Assembly: GCF_023055435.1 (NCBI RefSeq)
Contig: NW_025963802.1
Location: 30,256,001-30,320,000, forward strand
Direction: 5' to 3'
DNA length: 64,000 nt
Source: Haliotis rufescens
Lineage: Eukaryota
Below are positions 51,101 to 62,716 of the stretch, in pieces (the first letter of the stretch is position 1; every line of letters starts with the position of its first letter). Below the pieces are notes generated by a model. That model saw nothing but the letters and a program-made list of their open reading frames with translations. It was not told where the DNA came from and did no database searches. Made by a program: the position numbers and the translations under genes.

Positions 51101-54100
51101 TAAGTTGGCCTCTATTGCAGACGAGGAGAGGACCAAGGAGGCCTGAGTGCACGTCTCTGATTGGGTCAACCGCGGAGTGATACGTGTGCGTCAAACACTC
51201 GAGGTCATCTCGTGTAGGTCCCATAATCTGGGGGACCCGGAACTTGTAGGTGATTGTCTCCCCTGGCTGTGCTACTTTCCCCGTCGTCTGATTGCCTGAA
51301 ACGAAAACATGTAAAATGTATACCGTATTGTTATACAGATTCCGACGTGAGAAAGTGAATTTTGTTTCACGCCGCATCATTTCAGCGATATTTTAGTTAG
51401 TTTTTGTCCAATGTGTGGCGATGTCTCTTTTGAATACACAATGCCTTTTGTTTCTCGGACAATCGGGTTATATAATTCAAGTACGTTTTTAGGTATTATT
51501 TAGCGAATAAATATATAACTTGGGATCACATCTGTGTAAGCTCGTGGCGTGTTCACTTTAAGTTGGAGCAAAGTTCGAATAGCACGGTTTGTAGATGGTA
51601 CCGCTTCGATGAAACTTACGAGCAAGGCATGGTTGTGACCGGCCACCACTAAACCAAAGAGCAACGGATCTTAGCAACTAAGGGACGCAACTCTATACAA
51701 TGAACTACGCGTTGAACAACATGGACACTGATTTTGAATGATGCAAATTAAAACTGCTTGAACAATGTCGGATGTTTTAGCGACAAAAGCTCTATACTTA
51801 CTCTTGGGGTTTTTGTAAAGGAAACCTTCATTTTCTTTTGTAAACATAACGCCGTGTGGATATACTGAGTACTGCCTATCGGCGTTATTGCGGAACACGA
51901 TCTCGATTGTCTCCCCTTCCTCGGCTGCAATGACAGGTCCCATGAATCCCAAGTGTTTCTCGTTATCCTCCCGTTGTTTCTTCGTCCGGAAACTATCATC
52001 AGTATATTCCACATACACAGCTTTCTGATACACTCCCCCTATGCGGTCTGGTCCTCGGGTAAAATACTGGCTCGCGGTGCTGAAACATTGAACATTCAAA
52101 CTTGAAATATATGTGATTTTAGGGAGGGATATAGCTAGGCCAAGGTAAAATGCCAATATCCGTTAAATACTATATCATACACTCAACTTATTTATGATGC
52201 ATATCCATCGTGTGGTTAATATTAGAAAAACTGAGCAGAGAAATGCCTCAGTTTCATGTCACGAATTACAAGATCAAGACCCAGACTTAAATTTGGTGAC
52301 AAACCGTTGAGTGCAGACACCTTTTAGGCCGTCATTATACGTGTGTTAAAAACATGTTCTCTTCTTGACGTTAATAACATGAAAGTGCTTACCCTACAGA
52401 ATCATCAGTGAGATTTCCTCCATTGAACAAATCTTTACCGGAAGGACCATAATCCCACTCGATGAGCTCCGCAGCAAGATAGTATTTCCTGTTCCTGGAT
52501 CTGCCGTAGCCCCATGGAAGCCTCGGGGATTCGAACAAACTAACATGTCTCTTCCCACGCCAGCCTCTGCGAGGGTTGACATTCAGGAATGCGTGCATGC
52601 CACCTGAGGATAGTGAGAAATATATCCTTTTTCTAATTGGAAATAAACAATTGCAAACGTCCTTACGTATATGTCGAAGCGACTGACATGTTAAAATACA
52701 CGTACATTGTAAACTATCTTCAGAAAGTGAATGATTCAAAATGGTTTCACACCACAGTATTCCAGCATTATAACGGCGGAGATCACACATCGGGGGACAC
52801 TAGAAATAGTAAGGATTCGAACCAGTCGAACGTTTGTAAACCTACGGACCTTTTCTTCCTGTGTGTTCATACCTATCTTATAGTCTAACCTTATAGTTAG
52901 TGAGTGAGTATGGTTTTACGCCGCTTTGAGCAATATTCCAGCAATATCACTGCGGACACCAGAAATTGGCTTCACACATTGTACCCATGTGGGGAATCGA
53001 ACCCGAGACTTCGTCATGACGATCGAATGCTTTGACCACAAGGCTACCTCACCGCCCCTTAATTTATAACATTTATTTACTGGGGGATAAAATCCATATT
53101 TCCACATTTTTTCCTTGATTAACATCTAAGTATTGGCTGATGCGAATCGACACAGTAAGGAAGGTATTGTAACAAGAATTCCACCTACCGTCGAATGCCT
53201 CGGCGATCCTACTGGACAGCAGCCACGTGCCTGTGTTGATGGGCGTCATACGAGCTGATACAAACGTAGCTGGGTAGAAGGTGACCGTGTCCACTCTGTA
53301 GCAGACCCAGAACATAGGTAATTATGAGTACAGATGGTCAATGTAAGGCCAATATTCTGGGTTTTACTCATAATACTACGGTATGGAACTGAACCTCGTC
53401 AGAATCAGATCAACACGTCACAAGAGAAAGACTAAACCTTAGAATATATCTAAAGGAAAGCTTTGTCACTGGATGGGGAATTCTCACCCCTTACCGTTTT
53501 CGTTTTGGTAGCTTCCTGAAACCACCTTAAGGGCAGTTTGCTCGAGCACATTGACAATTTGATCAATTTTTGTAAATGTTGCTACAGCACTTTGTTTGCT
53601 CACGCAATCTTTAAGATGTATATAAATTGGAGCTGTTAATAATCCACAGCTAACATATAGACAGTGTCTAAGTTCGTTTGTTTGTTGATTGGTGCCGCAG
53701 AGAGAGAAACACTTTTTTAAAGTCTTATGTAATGTTTGTTTGTTTGTTTGTTTGTTTGTTTAACGCCGCACTCAGCACTATTCCAGCTATATAACGGCGT
53801 TCTGTAAATAATCGAGACTGGACCAGTCAATCCAGTGATTGATATTATGAGCATCAACCTACGCAAGTGGGATACGATGACATGCACCAGTCAAGTCACG
53901 GAGCTTGACCACAGTGTCTGGGTCTATCACAAGGCACGAAACACAACGTTTAGTCCAAGACTGGTATTGAATAGACAGTAGAATATAGTCTTTAGTCTTA
54001 TCTTATCGACTTCCATCATTTTTTAGTCATACCACGTACCTGTGGTTTCTGAACGTCAGGACTTGTCCGCTGAAGTGGGCACTCTGAATCCCGGTGTTCA

Positions 54101-57100
54101 GTGAGAGGAAGTGGAAGACGACGTCATCACGCTGTCTCACATCGAGGCCAGGCAGGTTTCCGTACATATAGCCGTTAACGTGGAACAGCAAGTTGGACGT
54201 TTGGAAGGAGCCATCGTTATTGTTGCTGAGGGACAAGCATGCGGAAGGATTGCCACATTTGTCAAGGTTTTGGGAGAGGAGCCAACTCTGTCCTTCGTTC
54301 GTCTGGTCCATGTACAGCACAAATTCTTTGTCAATGTCACGGCGTGTGTTGCCAAAACGAAGCGTTCCTTTAATATATAAAGACATATACTGACGTTTTG
54401 TCCAGCGTCTAGTGTTTAACAAGAGACGTTAAAGCCGCTGGGGACCGACTATTTGTTATGGTATATACATGTATGTTGAAATCCCGAGACAAACATACGT
54501 AAATTCATATATATGTTGAAACCCCGTGATACATGCTAGATTAGGCAGGAATTGGGGATGAATATAAATACTGTTAATAATTATGAGCCTGGAATAATTC
54601 AAATTAGAGAAGTGTAGTTAATAATTATACAATATTTTGTATATCATTTGATATTGATGAAGTAGAACTGCAGCAATATGAGTATTAAACCCTTTTGCAT
54701 GAGTTTGGGTAAAGATTTTGTAAAGAGTTTTGCCCCTTAGTAGTGCCAGGGTCAGCTGATCGTGTGTTCGTTTCCCAATATCCAGACATATGCATGTGTC
54801 AGGCAGTGTCAGCCTTCCCCAAAACAGTAAGCTCATTCTCCATAATATGTAAATGAAACACTGTTTTTGGTGGCGTTATATAAGACTCTGTTGCTGCGAT
54901 CATGCGTACTCACCTTTCTTGCAGGTCATGAGAACGCCGACCAATCCGCTGTCTACATCCTGGACCGGGAACACGTGGGAGTGATAGGCCCAGGCCAGAC
55001 ACCGCGAGTCGTCGCTTGTTGGGGCGAAGTTGGACGTCACCCGCCAGACATATGTGAACGTCTCCCCGGGAGCTACACCGTCATCGGCCTTGTCTGAACC
55101 TGTCGTCGCGTCCACGTAAAGTGCACCTTAAAATGACAAAAACAAATTAACAAAACACAAACATAAAAATAATAATAATAATAATAATGCCTGACTGTGC
55201 CAGGATCACCCAAACTCTCCTTGCTCCATTTATTCATTTTAATCTGTATAATAATCATAATTAGTAGTATTGGTATTTATCATCATCATTATCACCATAA
55301 TAAGTTTTTAAGATATATAACCACTTGGCTTACTCTCCCGCTGAGACCCTGGTTAGACTAAGTATGCAGTATTCCATTGCTTTCGAGTGGCAACTTAATT
55401 GGATCCGGTGGTCAGACTCGTTGCGTGTCACCGAACCCTGACACCGAGAGACGTTGCTCATACTATCAACCACTGGATTTTCCAGTCCACACCAAATTAC
55501 TTTCCATAAGCCGTGAGGTAACCGCAATATTGATGACAGCGGGGATATACAAAGAAACAAACAAGGCAGCACTGCCATCACTACATCAATGACAACATAC
55601 TACTACATCTGAAAAAAACATCATCTCTGTGACAAGGAAAACGATCATAGCTTCAACAATAAAACTAACCTTCGGCATCTTTGTTGTACTGGACTCCGTG
55701 TGGATGGACACTAAAATTTCGCCCTGCAGTCATCGCCATATTCTTGAAGTAGACTTTGATAGTGTCTCCAACCTCGGCCCTCAGGATTGGGCCAACGTAT
55801 CCCAGACTTGCTGCATGGGGACGCTGCTTCGTGAAACTCCCATCCGTGAATTCCCGATATACTATTTTCCTATACACACTTCCTATACGGTCCTGTCCCG
55901 GCTTGAGATACGTGTCAAAATCACTGGGAAAAAGAATAAATAGATTTGATACTGGTATATACCAGGTATATCCCAAAAGGTTCCATGGTAGAATAGGTCT
56001 TCAGCAACCCATGCTTGCCGTAAAAGGCGACTATGCATGTAAGAGGCGACTAAAGGGATCGGGTGATCAGGCTCGCTGACTCGGTTGATGCATGTCATCC
56101 CAAATGCGTGGGTCGATGCTCATGATGTCAATCACTGGATCGCTGGTCGAGACTCGATTATTTAAATACCGCCATCATACTGATGGCATAGACAAGCATA
56201 GTTTGTTGGCACCTATATTCGTTTACCCGGAATCCTCACCGATCCACTCAATCGGGTTACATTTACACATCACCAACCAAGCCACCAAACCTGGACCCCT
56301 GACCATTTACTCCCCTCGCTGAGGATTCAAACCTGGAATCCCGACGGAGTAATGTCATGGTAGAATAGGGAATGATGCACCTCCCTCAGTGAATACAAGT
56401 TTAATAACGGCACTGTTTACAGTTGTTAGATATTCCACAGCGTGTGATCATGAAAGAGAGCAGTTGACAATAAAAGTGATCATACAGTTCAGAAATCAAT
56501 TAAATACTCAGTTTTCCACATGTAATATACCTTGTCTGTGGTTACTTAATCCTCAATGTCTACAGGTCACGTGACTGCTCATTCTCGGGATAACGTGAAA
56601 CATGAAGGAAGATTTCGGGTTTGTGGGAGGTCAGATTTCCTTATACCTAATTGATTGCTAATAGGAGTTAAATAGTAGACTCACTCGGCCACGTTACGAC
56701 GGTCGATATTGTATTGTATTTACAGACCGCCGTCATATGGCTGGAATAATGCTTAGTGCAGCGTTAAACAACAAACAAACAAATTATCTGCAAAGGGGGT
56801 GTTCAAGCTTACGACCAACGTCAATACTTCATAATGTAGGTTTTGTATACACTACGTTCAATAAATTTTGAACTGAAAAAAAGGATTCCCCTCTTTAAGG
56901 AAAGTTTCTGAGAACACACGATACACATGACACGATGTGCAAGTTCAACGAGGGATTACACAAATCAAATATCTGCCTTGAGAGAAAAAACAATAATTTA
57001 ATTTTCCACGTTTTATTCGGTAATATAAACTGCCGAGCAGAAGAAAATATACACTTGAAAATTGGATTTTACCAACATATTACATTGTTGGTTTGTTGTT

Positions 57101-57723
57101 TAGCGCCGCACTCAGCAATATTCCAGCTTTATGGCGGCGGTCTGTAAATAATCGAGTCTGGACCAGCAAATCCAGTGATTGATATCATGAGCATCGATCC
57201 ACGCACTTGGGATCGATGACATGCATCAACCAAGCCTGACCAAGCCTGACCACCCGATCCCGTTAGTCGCCTTTTACCCAAATATTACAAACATAATAAA
57301 ACGTTACTAAGCTTGAAACAGTCACCGAAGCACTACTAACTGTTCAAAACAGAACTATAAAACCCGTATCAAATCATCGCGATAAAATAACCATTTTTTG
57401 TTCGTTAATTTTTTGCCACCGTTAAACCCGATTGTGTTTTTTCTTTTGTCCAGCATGTTATATGTAAATCTAGCAACACAATAAAGTTCGAAAGCAACAA
57501 AACAAGGACAATTAAAAAATAATATCCTTAGGTACAAGCGACAGAACATGTATTAAATATTAAATATTTTACATTCGAAAAATACCTACCTGTTGTTATT
57601 CACCATGTTTCCATTGGGCGCATAGTTCCAGTTAATTTCAACAGCGCCAATGCAGTACTCGCGCATTCGAGCATTCGCTAAATTAAATAGAGTCAATACG
57701 CAAAACAAAACGAAAAACTTCAT
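47202..57723 (-). CDS. Hephaestin/ceruloplasmin-like six-domain multicopper oxidase, paralog B (secreted, 1099 aa, 12 coding exons)
   Basis: Exons: 57723-57590, 55923-55670, 55126-54914, 54367-54040, 53295-53189, 52603-52393, 52079-51802, 51295-51090, 50685-50499, 49576-49364, 48808-48601, 48162-47202. All introns are GT-AG, phases are consistent and the total is 3300 nt. Signal peptide MKFFVLFCVLTLFNLANA. Motifs SVHPHG, YHSH, DMHGVNFNG, CRTNFHLKTGM, YHPVHFHG, HCHFSEHVKSGM. Confidence 0.93.
48601..48808 (-). CDS. MCO-B exon 11
   Basis: GKWALVCRTNFHLKTGM...RKYFIAAEEVDWDYAP. Confidence 0.92.
49364..49576 (-). CDS. MCO-B exon 10
   Basis: INGRMFGNLEGLEMC...[12 protein letters not shown]. Confidence 0.92.
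49853..50365. mobile_element. Non-autonomous DNA transposon with ~45-bp TIRs
   Basis: CATCTTCCCGACGCAAGAGAGTTAACTGACTATAAAGACCAGTTTCC at the left end is the reverse complement of the right end. Confidence 0.8.
50499..50685 (-). CDS. MCO-B exon 9
   Basis: LFMTVDENRSWYIDHNI...FFGSNRKH. Confidence 0.9.
51090..51295 (-). CDS. MCO-B exon 8
   Basis: QPGETITYKF...CLTHTYHSAVD...GLLGPLLVC. Confidence 0.92.
51802..52079 (-). CDS. MCO-B exon 7 (equals A exons 7+8)
   Basis: RIGGVYQKAVYVEYTD...HLGFMGPVIAAEEG; 278 nt = 121+157. Confidence 0.92.
52393..52603 (-). CDS. MCO-B exon 6 (basic linker)
   Basis: GMHAFLNV...RKYYLAAELIEWDYGPSG; GG|GTAAGC donor. Confidence 0.88.
53189..53295 (-). CDS. MCO-B exon 5
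   Basis: VDTVTFYPATFVSARMTPINTGTWLLSSRIAEAFD. Confidence 0.9.
54040..54367 (-). CDS. MCO-B exon 4
   Basis: RRDIDKEFVLY...[11 protein letters not shown]...GIQSAHFSGQ. Confidence 0.9.
54914..55126 (-). CDS. MCO-B exon 3
   Basis: VAPGETFTYVW...CLAWAYHSH...GLVGVLMTCKKG. Confidence 0.93.
55670..55923 (-). CDS. MCO-B exon 2
   Basis: RIGSVYRKIVYREFTD...GPILRAEVGD...SVHPHG. Confidence 0.93.
55987..56670 (+). repeat. Left arm of ~680-bp inverted duplication
   Basis: Near-identical reverse complement of 62032-62716; spurious ORFs 56389+ and 62127- differ by one residue. Confidence 0.92.
57590..57723 (-). CDS. MCO-B coding exon 1 (signal peptide)
   Basis: MKFFVLFCVLTLFNLANARMREYCIGAVEINWNYAP; AG|GTAGGT donor. 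An upstream acceptor near 57748 implies a 5'UTR exon. Confidence 0.9.
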
Positions 57724-58949
57724 TTCATGAAAAAATAAAATCTCAATCTGAAAGGAATTCAAATTGCAATTTTCTTGCAATGTCAAAAATATATCACCGA
57801 ACTAAAACTATATACCAGCTTTCAGTGATTCGATGCCCGTTGTGTTCCGAAGCTTAACGTTTGTCCATTTTATAGCTTTTCCAAACCGGATGAGGCACAT
57901 GAATGGCATTGACGTGTACTGTTGACGTACCAGGAAGGCGTGGACAGATCCGTGATAAGGAGGTTGGTATTGGACTTTCCAGAATAGTCGGATATGTAAC
58001 TAAATTTAGGAACAACTTTAAAGTTTTCACCTGTAGATTGCGACACAGTATTTAGCTTTAGCTCCCACCTGTGTTCAGTCACGTCCGCAAGAGGTTACTC
58101 AGTGAACCTGATATACGCGGGTTCCTCATACAAACAACATAAAGGCAGCTTTTATTCTGCGGTGCTTAATATTATCGTTACAATAGGTGTGACTATTAGA
58201 ATCGTTTCATATGAATTCATACTTGGTTTATTTGATATTGTTTTTTATTGATTCAGGTCTCTATTTGTGAGATCAATTTATACATTTACCCTCTCCCTTT
58301 CTTGTAACAGTTTTATTTGTCCACCCTTATAACTATGTCGATTTATCTCATCATGAATCTTAGTGTGGCTATGCATATTGTTTAACAAAGCCATTTGTTT
58401 TGTTTTATTTTTGATCATTTTTATTAATTCCTCCTATTAATTCGTTTACCCTTTATTAAAATAGGTTCCATAATATATTTACCTAACTATAAGAAATATC
58501 AATAATATAAGTATTCGTTTATATTTTACTCTGCGACCCTAAATCTCTTTGTTATCGAATATCAGTAATAAGTATCGTTTTATGTCGATGCATATGTTTA
58601 TATGACAATTTTTATTCATTCACTCTTCTTATTAATTCGTTCACCCTTTATTTAAGAAAGTATCTTAATGCACTTTTATTATACAATTACCTAACATATT
58701 TGTAATATAATATAGTATCATTAATATAAATATTCTTATCTATTTTACTCTTTAAGTAAATATCATTTACCGGAATATCAGTAATACATGTAAAACTGTT
58801 TATTTACTTGATCATTTGTTTTCATTGACTCGTTTCTTCTTTCTGTATATCTACCCATGGGTATGTCTCTCGATCCATCTTGTCTCTGAACAAACATATG
58901 AATATTATTCACGAATACATTAACAACTCTTTCTCTCATGTTGTACAGG

Positions 58950-59219
58950 GTTGGTTGGTTGGTTTGTTGTTTAACGCCGCACTCAGCAATATTCAAGCTA
59001 TATGACAGCGGTCTGTAAATAATCGAGTCTGGACCAGACAATCCAATGATTAATATAATGAGCATCGATCCACGCAATTGGGATCGATGACATGCATCAA
59101 CCAAGTCAGCGAGCCCGACCACCCGATCCCGTTAGTCGCCTTTTACGACAAGCATAGTCGCCTTTTACGGCAAGCATGGGTTGCTGCAGATCTATTCTAC
59201 CCCGGACCTTCACAGGGAC
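58950..59219 (-). mobile_element. SINE-like family 1 copy
   Basis: Full-length, (AACC)n tail. Confidence 0.85.
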
Positions 59220-62031
59220 CCACAATGATAAAATCGGAGTGTTAAAGTGTTGTATTTTCTTAAATACTAAAAAAAATTGCTCAATTTGAAAAATGAAAAA
59301 TATAAAAAGTAACTGTGTGATTTGTAATTTTTTTTAGTATTACTCCTTCAAGGAAAAGCCTGGAAATGCGTGTTGATATTAAAATAAAATGCGTGTTGAT
59401 TATAAAAGTCCATGTCCTGGTAGCCATTTAGATGTCTTAGTTTTGATTGGCTTTTTATACCTGTGCTGGATCATATTTCCGCCACCGTATATAGGTGTAT
59501 ATTTAAATACCACCCGAGGCGTTTCTTGATTGAGACCCAAGGCAAACATGTGACGATAAGGCATAACTCCCTGTAGCATGGAAAAACCATGGCTGTTTGA
59601 AAGTTAGAAAATTAAGCGGAACAAGGAAACAAAGTAAGCTTTAAACATAATAATGATAATGATAATGATAATAATAATGATAATGATGATGATGATGATA
59701 TGGGAATATTAAATACGCTTACATTTTGTAAACGTATTATAAAGATAAACCATGACTATATATATGGCGACCTACGTAGATATTCAATGCATATAATAAG
59801 AAATATCAGAATAATAAGATATTGGTTTGAATTATTACAAATCTTAAAATGCTTGTTTTTAAAAATAGCATAGATATTCATTAGATACATTTGATAAAAC
59901 CCACAGCCTGTTTAAACAAATACATTTTGTTCCATTAAAGAGCAATGACTAATTGATATATTTGTCCAAAATGGTTCAATGACATATCTCAAAACAGCAA
60001 ATGTAAAATGGATAATATTATGGTATTCGACTTCAACTTAAAATAACCCATTGAACTGAATTTTAAACATTGAGCATTTTTCAACATTAAATTAGCTGAA
60101 TCTAATGCTGAATCATAAAAAATATAGTAATTTAAGATTTATTTCCACATTAAAGTAAAGCGATTTTTTCTGTAAATAAATACAGGGTTCTACAAGTGGC
60201 ATTTCCTCTGTCGCAATCGTGTACAATGGCTCATTGTATTATAAGATGCCAGGCAGGTGCATGCTAATTACATATCATAAGTTGTTAACATAACAGTCAT
60301 GTGTGTAACAAACAGGGCGTGTAATTATATTAGCAGCCTTGTAACTATCCAAGTTGTGTCTGACACTTATATATTTAGAACTAAACAAAAAGTTGTCACG
60401 AATTAACATTAAATGGTCACGATTCTGATCCGAAATCTCTATGGGAATAATAAATCAAGACGCCTGTTGTTAAATAGCTGAAAACCCAAGGCCCCTCTGA
60501 GATTATATCCCATACTCATAAGATCCTGCCACCCTAAGGGACGCAACTCTATACAGCCAGCGAATCGTGGCGCTTTAGACGACTTGGTTACCCGTATATA
60601 TGAAGACCTCCTACAAATACGTGGCGCATGCGAAGTTTGATAAAGCGACGCTGAGTACGCCCTCTGTCAACACGGAATCTCTACACGCATAATTATGAGG
60701 ATGACACACAAAGAGACAGCTGAGACGACGACACAGAACATAGCTTTACTACTGTAAGACCAGGAAGTTTCACGAGGACAGTTTCAAAGAACAGGATCTA
60801 GCATCTACCCGACACTAGCCAAATCCAGTAACACACAGTTAAAAAACAAATCAAAAAGAGTTGGGAATGCAATTGTATCGGGTAACAATTATGCGAATAT
60901 TGTATTCATATACATAACTCGGGGTTATATTCTGAATCAAACGATGCATCAGCAACGTATAGGTTAAGCTAACGACACGTGATAGACTTGAACCGGATAC
61001 CCCATGTATGTCAACCGAGCATATGTCGTTATATGATATCGACACCACACAGCTGACTTTAGTGAGTAGGTTAGTCAATTGAGATATACATAAAGATGCT
61101 AGGGAGGAGAGAGAACTGTTTCATGAGTGACTGATCATGACTCACCCAGACTTCTCAATATGTTCAGTGATTTCGTATTATTATATGACGCGTTATTAAT
61201 ATTTCCATGAAATTAGTACCCCGCTTTTAGTCTGAACCCGTTTGCACATAGATAATTTATATTTAGCGCTGGGGTTATTGTAAGTTAATTTTTAGCTTTG
61301 TGTGGGTCTAAGTGGACCTTTAGGTGACAAACAGGTTGAAACGGTTTCCCATCAGCTGAGTCGCGTATCTTGTCGAGTCAACAACGAGTATGTTGCACGT
61401 GCAGTACGTGCTTGCGCTGTTCCTCCGACCGCTGTGCCCCCTCCGTTCAAGATGTAAACGTCTGCACACAACATGATTGTTTCTTAAACAACTTTTTCCG
61501 TGGTGGGAATAAAAATAACAAACTGCAGATATTGTTGGGTACAGGGTATTCATTGCCGTGTACCGTACTGACAGTTAAAAGACTAATCCCGATTTTGTGT
61601 TATGTTGCTATTCATTCTTCTTATTTTGAGCCAAACGGACTGTAGTTTTTAGCTTGTATCACTTGGCATAGAGGGAGGGGTGAGGTGGGGGTTTGTGTGG
61701 CCCCTGAATTGGGCTTAATACAATGTACCCATGTGGGGAAACGAAACTGGCCGGACGAGCGGACGCCTTAAACACAAAACTGTCCAACCCCCTCTGTGAA
61801 GCGCCTCTTACTAAGCGGGAGAAGTATGTTTGTTCGTTTGTTTGTTTGTTGCTGTTATTTAACGCCGCACTCAGCAATACTCCAGATATTGGACGGCGGT
61901 CTGTAAATGATCGAGTCTGGAGTAGACAATCCACTTATTGACACTTATGTGCATCGATCCACCCCATTAGGATACGATGAAATGCATCAACCAAGTCAGC
62001 GAGCCTGACCACCCGATCCCGTCACAGCATG

Positions 62032-62716
62032 TAACTCCTATTAGCAATCAATTAAGTATAAGGAAATCTGACCTCCCACAAACCCGAAATATTCCTTCAT
62101 ATTCAGGTTATCCCTAGAATGAGCAGTCACGTGACCTGTAGACACTGAGGATTAAGTAACCACAGACAAGGTATATTACATGTGGAAAACTGAGTATTTA
62201 ATTGATTTCTGAACTGTATGGTCACTTTTATTGTCAACTGCTCTCTTTCATGATCACACGCTGTGGAATATCTAACAACTGTAAACAGTGCCGTTATTAA
62301 ACTTGTATTCACTGAGGGAGGTGCATCATTCCTTATTCTACCATGACAATACTCCGTCGGGATTCCAGGTTTGAATCCTCAGCGAGGGGAGTAAATGGTC
62401 AGGGGTCCAGGTTTGGTTGCTTGGTTGGTGATGTGTCAATGTAACCCGATTGAGTGGATCGGTCAGGATTCCGGGTAAACGAATATAGGTGCCAACAAAC
62501 TATGCTTGTCTATGCCATCTATATGATGGCGGTATTTAAATAATCGAGTCTCGACCAGACAATCCAGTGATTGACATCATGAGCATCGACCCACGCATTT
62601 GTGATGACATGCATCAACCGAGTCAGCGAGCCTGACCACCCGATCCCTTTAGTCGTCTCTTACATGCATAGTCGCCTTTTACGGCAAGCATGGGTTGCTG
62701 AAGACATATTCTATCC
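62032..62716 (-). repeat. Right arm of ~680-bp inverted duplication
   Basis: Reverse complement of 55987-56670. Confidence 0.92.

Noticed and set aside
56389-56574. Duplicated 61-aa ORF (also 62127-62312)
   Set aside because: GTG start and no recognisable motif; the identity simply reflects the inverted DNA duplication.
59461-59510. Candidate TATA + non-coding first exon of MCO-B
   Set aside because: TATTTAAA and CAG|GTATAA are plausible but too weak in AT-rich DNA to call without transcript data.
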